From a virus (Duplodnaviria; Caudoviricetes), in the IMG/VR virus record IMGVR_UViG_3300036805_000102, positions 1 to 39,664 of that record: DNA of 39,664 nucleotides. One strand, 5' to 3'. The notes beneath the pieces are model-generated. The model saw nothing but the letters and a program-made list of their open reading frames with translations, did no database searches and was not told the DNA's origin. Below are positions 17,360 through 24,926 of this stretch, piece by piece. A program made the translations under genes and the position numbers. Within the stretch, counting starts at the first letter, position 1; each line of letters begins with the position of its first letter.

Positions 17360-17914
17360 ATGCAGCTTACTTTTCTTCAGGGCTATCCCGACTACGTTGG
17401 CAAGCGATTCATCTTCGCTGGCTACGGGAACGGGCCAGCCTCATACGTGGCAAGCGGCGACTCGATTCTGCTGCCTCGCTACGACAACTACATCGACGTG
17501 ATCTTTTCTGCCCTGACCGTTGGCGGAGCCTATGAAGTAAAGGCGATGCCTTCGGTTTACGGAAATCGCGCACCCTTCGTTCTGCTGTGGAGCGGCGTGG
17601 CGGGGACGGTAGCCTCCGTTGCGCAGAACGCTGCAGGAACCGGCATGACGCCGGGAACCTACATCGTGAATGCAACTGGCGGCGGAGGCCAAGGCGCGCA
17701 GGCTTCGGTAGTGGTAGCTTCGGCGACCACGCTGGGCGCGATCACGGTTCTGAACGCAGGAACGGGCTATGCGTCCGCTCCTACGTTTACCCTCGCAGCC
17801 GGTGGCACCTCGGCAACCCTGACCGCAACTCTGGCAACAGCAGGGCCGGTCGCAGCGGGATTCAATTTGTCGCAGCAGGTTGTACAGATCGGCGGATTCG
17901 GCGGAGTGTACTAG
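17360..17914 (+). CDS. second head-associated structural protein
   Basis: TAAGGAGCGA RBS context identical to the previous gene; shares a Gly/Thr module with it. Confidence 0.6.
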   Translation: MQLTFLQGYPDYVGKRFIFAGYGNGPASYVASGDSILLPRYDNYIDVIFSALTVGGAYEVKAMPSVYGNRAPFVLLWSGVAGTVASVAQNAAGTGMTPGTYIVNATGGGGQGAQASVVVASATTLGAITVLNAGTGYASAPTFTLAAGGTSATLTATLATAGPVAAGFNLSQQVVQIGGFGGVY

Positions 17915-17946
17915 AGCCGATCCAAGCCAGAACGATTGCCAAAAGC

Positions 17947-17984
17947 AGGGCCTCATCCGGCAATTGGAAGAGGCCCTTCTTTTT
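17947..17984 (+). terminator. intrinsic terminator after head genes
   Basis: AGGGCCTC...GAGGCCCT followed by TCTTTTT. Confidence 0.7.
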
Positions 17985-18000
17985 CGAGGAGGAGGATTGA

Positions 18001-19032
18001 GTGTTTCGCGATATGCAGAAAGAGTTGTTGGGCGACGTGCCCGGTCTTCCCCTGCCTTACGCGGCTACGCTCATCAACCGCGCGCTGAAGCTGATCTATG
18101 ACGAGCAGCGCTGGAGCTTTCAGGTAAAGGAAGCGGGATGGTTGAGCCCTGGCTTGCTTGGTGCGAACCCGACGAGTTTGCAATTTGCGAGTCCCGGCAA
18201 GATCAGCGTGGCCCCGTACCAGAACACCGTGTACGCCGATGCTGCTGCCACGACATTCTGGGCGAATCTGGTGGGGCGGCCATTCCTGACGGAGCAGCAG
18301 TTCCGCATCCCGACGTACAGCCTATACAACATCATCTCGTACTTTGCCCCCGGCGATAATCCGAACGATCCCGACACGCCGTTCGCCACGCTGGTGCTAG
18401 ATCGGAACTGGATGGAGCCTGCGCAGATCAATGGAACCTACATGATCTATCAGGCCTACTACGCATGCGGCTCTGAGACCTTTCGCAAGTTCGGCGCGAT
18501 CCGCGACACCACCAACAATGCATGGATCAACTGGTGGCAACGCGATCAGACGTGGCTGAGCGTCAACGATCCACAGCGCACCATCTTCGACGTTCCGACC
18601 TATGCGGTGCCTTACGAGGTGGATCAGCGGACGAACAGCGCAACGCTGGGGCAGATGATGTACGAGCTGTGGCCTCATCCGCTCAGCGTGCTGCCCTATA
18701 CCTACAACTACATCCATCAGGGACCGCTGCTGAAGAAGCCGACCGATACGGTGCCGTATCCGCTGAACGAAGAGCTTGTGTTGTGGCGCGCGAAGGAACA
18801 GGCGTACCTCTACAAGGAATCGCAGAAGGGTGACAGCATGCAGCGCGGGTCTGGAGCCGACTGGCGATTCCTGACGCAGGATGCGCGCGTGCAGTACAAC
18901 ACCCGGCTGAAGACGGTGAAGCTGCTCGACGCCGGTCTTGGCGATCTGTATTGGTCGAAGTTTGTCCAGACGCCGCTCACCTCGGATGGCTACGAGACCA
19001 TGATCGGCACCCTCAACGTTGGAAGCCTCTAG
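18001..19032 (+). CDS. putative head-tail adaptor / tail tubular protein
   Basis: GGAGG RBS; LINRAL...WSF start, LWPHP, PYPLNEELVLWRA patterns; position after head genes. Confidence 0.55.
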   Translation: MFRDMQKELLGDVPGLPLPYAATLINRALKLIYDEQRWSFQVKEAGWLSPGLLGANPTSLQFASPGKISVAPYQNTVYADAAATTFWANLVGRPFLTEQQFRIPTYSLYNIISYFAPGDNPNDPDTPFATLVLDRNWMEPAQINGTYMIYQAYYACGSETFRKFGAIRDTTNNAWINWWQRDQTWLSVNDPQRTIFDVPTYAVPYEVDQRTNSATLGQMMYELWPHPLSVLPYTYNYIHQGPLLKKPTDTVPYPLNEELVLWRAKEQAYLYKESQKGDSMQRGSGADWRFLTQDARVQYNTRLKTVKLLDAGLGDLYWSKFVQTPLTSDGYETMIGTLNVGSL

Positions 19033-19040
19033 GAGTAACG

Positions 19041-19415
19041 ATGCCTGCATATCCCGGTAATAACCTCGCACAACTGCTGTATGAAAACCGGCAAGCCTTC
19101 TTCTTCGACAGCGAGACGGTAGCCGCAGGCGTGGCCAGCGTGGCCTATGAGCTTCGTCGCGAGCGAGGAGCTACGTATCCGTGGGGCTTCTCTGTACAGG
19201 CGCTCTTTAGCGCCGATCCCGGAACCTTCGAGATCGATATCGAGGTTAGCGATATTGACGTGGATTCGGCTTACGTTCTGGCCGACAAGATCGATGCCGT
19301 AGGCGGTGGATTCAGCGGACGCTATGACACCACAACGGTATGGGCCAAGTTCGTGCGCGCGCGGATGGTGTCGCTGGCCAACGCGGTAAATGCAACGGTG
19401 ATGGTGACTCGATAA
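19041..19415 (+). CDS. putative virion structural protein
   Basis: AGGAG RBS; beta-rich 124 aa. Confidence 0.6.
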   Translation: MPAYPGNNLAQLLYENRQAFFFDSETVAAGVASVAYELRRERGATYPWGFSVQALFSADPGTFEIDIEVSDIDVDSAYVLADKIDAVGGGFSGRYDTTTVWAKFVRARMVSLANAVNATVMVTR

Positions 19416-22400
19416 TGAAGCGGACCCTGAACTACGTTTTTGCGATTCTGGCCGGGCTGGCCTTCGCTGTGCCGATGTCGGCTCAGACGACGGGTTACGG
19501 AGCGGTGCAGGGCTTCTGTCAGGTGGGCGGAGCGAAGGTTGTAACTCAGGGCATGACTTCGAGCAGCATGGTGCAGGGAAGCTATCCTCGCTGCCAAGTG
19601 AAGGTCTACGCGACCGGCACTACCACCGTGATCGACATCTATTCGGACAAGGCAGGCACGCATCAGCTCTCCAACCCTTTTACCGCTGGCAGCAACGGTG
19701 CTTGGAACTTCTATTCGAAGCTCGGCAGTAACGTTGATGTAAACATGTCAGGCGGCTCTCCGACGGCGATGCCGCAGCCGTTCACGCTGGTCGATCTTCC
19801 TGTCGGTGGCGGTGGCGGCGGCGGAGGCGGAGAGCCTGCTGGGGCCGATCAGGATGTACAGCTCAACCTGTCACAGGCCTTCGCGGCCGATCCGGGGAGG
19901 TTTGTTTATAACCCCACGGGCGGCCACATGTTGAAGTCGAACGCGAACGGAAATCTGAATCCCGATCTTTACGCATCGACCAGCGGAATTGCGGCCGCGC
20001 AGGCGAGCGCGGAATGCACGGTAAACTGCACTGTCGTCCAGCCGATTACAACGACGGACACGGCTGCTGTCCCAAGCCCCACGGGCAATTTGCCGCAAGT
20101 GGTCGATTCGTGGCGGAACGGCTCCTGGATGCATTTCTGGCACAATCCCGGCTACAACAACTCCAATCTGTTGGGCGGAACGGCGATTGGTCACTATGAC
20201 GTTGCCACCTACGACACGCCGAATCCGCAGACCTCATCTTCCATCGTCTTCAATCCGAATCATACTTACATGCGCGGCTTTTTTAATGGGTGGGGATGGA
20301 ACTACGGAAATGCTCCAAACGTTCAGGGACATGGATGGATGGCCGACAACCTCCTCGCGCTGAACGGAATCGGCAACAATCAGGGCATTCTGCAGGGCTT
20401 GAACATCATTACGTCGAAGTATTCAATAGGCGATCAGGGGACCTTTTATATAACGGGACTAGGAGATGGAGGGACGCCGGATTACTCGGGCGAAGGCAAC
20501 GACCTCATCACGGGGAAGGGTGGACAGAACTCCAATTACTTTCATGGGACGGCTGGAGCGGGAGCATCTACCGGAAGTATGTCTCTGCCTATCGTCTATA
20601 ACTCCAGCTTTACCCCAACGGCGCTGAATCGCAACGCGACCTCTTCCGGGGGGACGATGCTCGACATGAGCAAGATGATTTTGGCGAGCACTGTAACCGG
20701 CCCTACTACAAGCTCGGGCTTTGGGACGACATTCATCGTTCCGATTGCGGGAACAGTTACGCCGAGCACGGCGTATGGAGTCGTCAATTGCGCGCTCCCG
20801 AATAACGGAGCGAATCCGAATATTCCCATCTCGATCAGGTGTCCGGTTATTGCGATTCATGGAACCGCAGGCGCGTTTGTACCGGGCTACGCCGAGATCG
20901 CAGGAGACTTTCCGGAGGGCGTAAATATCTCAGCGGTCGATCCGGTTGGAGGTACGACGCAATACATCACCTTCACCTATATCAAACCACATGCAGCAGG
21001 AATCCCGACTGTCATCTTCCAAGGCGGTAGTGTTGTCGGATCATACTTGATGTACGACTCAATCACGGCCATGAATGGTTTCGACATTCCCTATCGTGTG
21101 TTTGGAGCCCCCGATGCCAATCATCTTTTTGTAGATCAGATCGGTCTCGGCTCTGGCGGGAGCAATATTTATGACAACCCTGTTCCCCTGTTCGGACTCA
21201 CCAAGTCCGGAACTACCGTAACTGCGACCTACCAAACAAGCACGCTGGGATTTTTCAGCAAGCAGGCAGCGGGAGTTGTTAGTGGATGCTCCGATTCGGG
21301 GCTGAATGGATCGGCTACAAACATCACGACCGATCCAACAACCCTCAAGATGACCTTCACGGAGGCTTCGGGAGGTACGGGCTGCTCCGGAGCCTACATG
21401 CAGATGCCGTCAAGTTATCGCGGAATTCATCTCTACGCTGGAGCTGAGGTGCTGGGTCCGGGCGGAATAGCAGCTCCGGCGAATCTCCCGCTCGAACCGA
21501 ACAACGTAGCGTGGGCTGCTGGAGACAACATTGAAAATGCGCTGCATCCATTCCTGAAGACCGGCGAAGCGTTTCTGTTTCACACGACAAACAACCCTCT
21601 CTCCGGGAAGTCGAATGGAATAAGTTTTACGGGAATCGGGGATGGCGTCAGCGGATTTTATAACTTCCTCCAGCTCTCACACAGCAATCCATGCAGTCTG
21701 TATTCGGGATGCGGTGGAACCCTTACGGCACCGACGATGGTCAGGATTGGAGGATACGGAGGAGCAACGCCGAACGGGGGATTCCTCACGATGGATGAAG
21801 CCCCGTTGAATCAATCCCCCGTCATCAGAGTTGGACCTCCGGATGCCGCCCTTGGAGGGACTAGCAATCTCGATCCAGTCGTGCTCTTCAACATTGCCTC
21901 GCAAGCGGCGAACACAGGAAACCTGTCGTACTCGCCGCTCTATAGGTCCTTCGTCGGCAACAATTTCATAGCAGGCAGTCTGGGATCGCTCGGGATCGGG
22001 AAGTTCACAGCGGCAAATTATTTCGTGAATGGATACATGAATGACACTCCTACTCCGGGAGCCATTACTTTCGGAAACAATCTCTCGAATGTCCTTGTCC
22101 CGATGGGGCTTTGCGACCACTACGATCCAAGCAATACCGAAGTCACCATCGGGAACTGTATTCCTATTTCCGGGTCGGGCGTGAATGTAACGGACGGGAA
22201 GATCAATGTTGCGGCGCTCAAGGCTCAGACCAGTGCAACACTCGGAAATCTCACCGTTGGACTTCAGCCAGCGGACGTCCGCCCGGCCTCGGTGTACAGC
22301 GGAACATCCGGTTCTACGGACCGGTTTTATTTTTATGTCCCGGTCTCGCCTCTTGGATTTACAGGAACGGCTCTTGCCTATATGCAGGTTGGCGGAACGG

Positions 22401-22975
22401 CGGCAACGCTGAGCGCTTCGAACAAGGTAACCACCACTTGCCCGACTGTCCTGCAGTCGAACTATCCGGCCGGAACAACTTACACGCTCCTAGCGCGCAG
22501 TTCGGCGGGAATCTATCGCAACCTCGGCACCTGTTCCCTTGGAAGTTCTATTGTTGACGATGGCACCGTTACCGCCACGTTTACTGCTCCTACCCTGAAT
22601 GCAAATATGTGGGCGGTGGCGGCGCAGTTTCAGGTGGCGAACGGCGGAGCGGTTGGATTCTACAAAGACAACATCGGCGGAGCGCTTGATACATTCATCA
22701 ATCGCTTGGCCGTGAACAAGCTCGGCATCGGATCATCGATGGGATCGGCCCACGATGGCACGCTTGAGGTGGGAAACATGACCGTGGACACGGCCCTTCA
22801 GGCCGGATCGGTGGCGTCGAGCGGGTTGGCCGGAACGGGGACGCGATACGTGACGACCGACAGCACGGGCAAGCTGACTTCCGGTGGAGCTACCGGCGTC
22901 ACTGTAAGCGGATCGGCCTGCACGATCACTGCGATCAGCAACGGAATTATTACAGCAGCGACATGCACGCCATAA
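19415..22975 (+). CDS. tailspike/tail fibre-like receptor-binding protein with N-terminal signal peptide
   Basis: TAATG coupling at 19413-19417; VKVYATGTTT...IYSD...LSNPFTA...WNFY N-domain, poly-Gly linker, long Gly/Thr/Asn/Ser beta-rich body. Confidence 0.7.
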   Translation: MKRTLNYVFAILAGLAFAVPMSAQTTGYGAVQGFCQVGGAKVVTQGMTSSSMVQGSYPRCQVKVYATGTTTVIDIYSDKAGTHQLSNPFTAGSNGAWNFYSKLGSNVDVNMSGGSPTAMPQPFTLVDLPVGGGGGGGGGEPAGADQDVQLNLSQAFAADPGRFVYNPTGGHMLKSNANGNLNPDLYASTSGIAAAQASAECTVNCTVVQPITTTDTAAVPSPTGNLPQVVDSWRNGSWMHFWHNPGYNNSNLLGGTAIGHYDVATYDTPNPQTSSSIVFNPNHTYMRGFFNGWGWNYGNAPNVQGHGWMADNLLALNGIGNNQGILQGLNIITSKYSIGDQGTFYITGLGDGGTPDYSGEGNDLITGKGGQNSNYFHGTAGAGASTGSMSLPIVYNSSFTPTALNRNATSSGGTMLDMSKMILASTVTGPTTSSGFGTTFIVPIAGTVTPSTAYGVVNCALPNNGANPNIPISIRCPVIAIHGTAGAFVPGYAEIAGDFPEGVNISAVDPVGGTTQYITFTYIKPHAAGIPTVIFQGGSVVGSYLMYDSITAMNGFDIPYRVFGAPDANHLFVDQIGLGSGGSNIYDNPVPLFGLTKSGTTVTATYQTSTLGFFSKQAAGVVSGCSDSGLNGSATNITTDPTTLKMTFTEASGGTGCSGAYMQMPSSYRGIHLYAGAEVLGPGGIAAPANLPLEPNNVAWAAGDNIENALHPFLKTGEAFLFHTTNNPLSGKSNGISFTGIGDGVSGFYNFLQLSHSNPCSLYSGCGGTLTAPTMVRIGGYGGATPNGGFLTMDEAPLNQSPVIRVGPPDAALGGTSNLDPVVLFNIASQAANTGNLSYSPLYRSFVGNNFIAGSLGSLGIGKFTAANYFVNGYMNDTPTPGAITFGNNLSNVLVPMGLCDHYDPSNTEVTIGNCIPISGSGVNVTDGKINVAALKAQTSATLGNLTVGLQPADVRPASVYSGTSGSTDRFYFYVPVSPLGFTGTALAYMQVGGTAATLSASNKVTTTCPTVLQSNYPAGTTYTLLARSSAGIYRNLGTCSLGSSIVDDGTVTATFTAPTLNANMWAVAAQFQVANGGAVGFYKDNIGGALDTFINRLAVNKLGIGSSMGSAHDGTLEVGNMTVDTALQAGSVASSGLAGTGTRYVTTDSTGKLTSGGATGVTVSGSACTITAISNGIITAATCTP

Positions 22976-22988
22976 AGGAGACGGGCCT

Positions 22989-23198
22989 ATGGCGAAGGGC
23001 AAGTGGATACAGGCCGCGACGGCAAAGATGAAGGACAAAGGCACGCTGGGCAAGTTCGGCAAAGCGACCAAAAAGAAGATTGCGGCCGGGAAGAAAGAAG
23101 GTGGCCTGCGAAAGAAGGAGGCTGTCTTCGCTCAGAACATGAAGGGCATCGCCGCGAAGAAGAAGAGCGGCGGCAAGCGTTCGCCGAAGAAAGGATAA
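22989..23198 (+). CDS. Lys-rich small protein
   Basis: AAAGGAG RBS; MAKGKWIQAATAKMK... Confidence 0.75.
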   Translation: MAKGKWIQAATAKMKDKGTLGKFGKATKKKIAAGKKEGGLRKKEAVFAQNMKGIAAKKKSGGKRSPKKG

Positions 23199-23200
23199 CT

Positions 23201-23392
23201 ATGCCGCTGATTCAATCAGGTACGGGCAATGCGCTGAAAAAGAACTTTCATGAACTGCGTCGGGGCAAGGTCTTCGCGAGTACGCAGGAGAAGTTCGGCA
23301 AAAAGGTTGCGGACAAGCAGATGGCTGCGATTGCGCTGAAGAACCAAAAGAAGAATTCGAACCTGAAGGGTACCAGCGGACTTAAGACATAA
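23201..23392 (+). CDS. Lys-rich small protein (MPL...N..EL...KQ..AIAL type)
   Basis: AAGGA RBS before ATG 23201. Confidence 0.7.
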   Translation: MPLIQSGTGNALKKNFHELRRGKVFASTQEKFGKKVADKQMAAIALKNQKKNSNLKGTSGLKT

Positions 23393-23395
23393 ACG

Positions 23396-24751
23396 ATGGC
23401 TTACTCGTGGCTCACCTACGCGCAGGCGAAGCAGCAGCTTACACAGCGGCTCGCGCAAGCCGATCAGACGGGGCGATTCTGGATTGACGATGAGCTTGGA
23501 CTGTACATCGTGGAGGCGTTGCGCGTATGGAATGCCCTGACTTTCACCTGGAAGACCTCCTTCGTTTTTACCGTTGCGGCTGCATCGAAACCAGCGTGGT
23601 ACTCGCTCGGAAGCCTGACGGGTTCTCCGAGATTGCGATCTGTGACCGATACTGCCCTTTACACGCTGACGGAATATCACCTGTTGGAGCCTGCCAGTGG
23701 AGGGACGTGGACTGGCACCACGCAGTTCTCGATAGCTGATTTCTCAACAGCGCTGGCGCGTTGCCGCGACGAGGCGATCCAGATCACCAATTGCAATCAG
23801 GTCGCTGTCGATCCTATCGCCACGAATCCGGGAGACTTCTTTGCCCCTCTTCCGGATAACGTTCTCGACGTTCCGCGTGCGCGCTGGATTCCCGATCCTT
23901 CATCGGGAGAGCTGCTAACGACGCTGATGCGTAACGATGACACAGGCCTGAACTACTACGAACCTGGATACATGCAGGCTCCGTGGGGAACGCCTACACA
24001 GTACAACGTCGCATCGCTTCCGCCCCTGGTGATGCAGGTGGATATTCCCCCGGTGAATGAAGGCTCTTATGATCTGATCGGCCTTATCTCCGGCGATGGG
24101 TTGGCTCCTCCGGACGACACGACGTTGCCGGTGCCGAACGATAACGCATGGGTGCTGAAGTGGGGCATGATTGCCGATCTGCTCGGCCGCGAGTCGGAGG
24201 CTACGGATACGCTTCGCGCAGCGTGGGCGAAGCGAACCTATTCGATGGGTCTGAAGCTGATGACGGGGACGCCGTGGATCATGCAGGCCTTCATCAACAG
24301 CGTGCCTGCGGACATGGTGAGCGTTACGGAGATGGACACCTATCAGCCCGAGTGGGATTCGGCTCCTGCTGACTACTCGACCATCATCACGGCAGGAATC
24401 GACTTCTTCACCGTCGTGCCTGATCCGGATATGGACATGAGTATCACCCTGAACGTTCTGGGCAATGCTCCGGTGCCTGTAGCCGACGATGACTTTATTC
24501 AGTGCAGCCGCGACGTGTGGGATTCGATTCTGGATTATGCGCAGTTCCTCGCGGCCTTCAAGCAGGGAGGAGCGGAATTCCTTGGCTCCGTCCCCCTGTT
24601 CAATGGCTTCGTCACGGCGGCTATGGCCACGAATGATCGGCTCGAAAAACTTGGCCTGTTCGCGGACGAATACTACGCCGAAGGATCGCGCGAGATTCGC
24701 GTGCAGGAGCGCTATACCAACGCGACAGGAGGCGGAGATGGGGGATCTTAA
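23396..24751 (+). CDS. putative tail adaptor/tubular protein
   Basis: 451 aa; N-terminal FWIDDELGLYIVEALRVW adaptor-like helix pattern, apparently duplicated internally. Confidence 0.55.
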   Translation: MAYSWLTYAQAKQQLTQRLAQADQTGRFWIDDELGLYIVEALRVWNALTFTWKTSFVFTVAAASKPAWYSLGSLTGSPRLRSVTDTALYTLTEYHLLEPASGGTWTGTTQFSIADFSTALARCRDEAIQITNCNQVAVDPIATNPGDFFAPLPDNVLDVPRARWIPDPSSGELLTTLMRNDDTGLNYYEPGYMQAPWGTPTQYNVASLPPLVMQVDIPPVNEGSYDLIGLISGDGLAPPDDTTLPVPNDNAWVLKWGMIADLLGRESEATDTLRAAWAKRTYSMGLKLMTGTPWIMQAFINSVPADMVSVTEMDTYQPEWDSAPADYSTIITAGIDFFTVVPDPDMDMSITLNVLGNAPVPVADDDFIQCSRDVWDSILDYAQFLAAFKQGGAEFLGSVPLFNGFVTAAMATNDRLEKLGLFADEYYAEGSREIRVQERYTNATGGGDGGS

Positions 24752-24890
24752 GCTACCCGGTGGAGATCGGCTCTTCGTGCGCTGTCAGAGGTGCGGCGCT
24801 CCAGCGAAGATCGGCCGCAAGGACGCGGGAGCGAAGAGCTACCGATACTGCGATAGCTGCCAGAAGATTCTGGCCAAGCGCAAGAGCTGA
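24738..24890 (+). CDS. 50-aa zinc-finger protein
   Basis: GGAGG RBS; CQRC...CDSC. Confidence 0.55.
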   Translation: MGDLKLPGGDRLFVRCQRCGAPAKIGRKDAGAKSYRYCDSCQKILAKRKS

Positions 24891-24908
24891 AATTTTTTTA
24901 TCCGGTAA

Positions 24909-24926
24909 TGTAGGCTACAACCGACA
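24909..24926. promoter_or_regulatory. operator copy 7 (TGTAGGCTACAACCGACA)
   Basis: 11/12 match; last base is the A of the downstream ATG. Confidence 0.7.

Noticed and set aside
16798-17833. Diversity-generating retroelement TR/VR pair
   Set aside because: Differences are synonymous and not adenine-specific; no reverse transcriptase in the window
8491-17930. CCAAG motif before terminators (8492, 8539, 13816, 17922) as a nut-like site
   Set aside because: Only 5 bp, variable spacing, expected by chance
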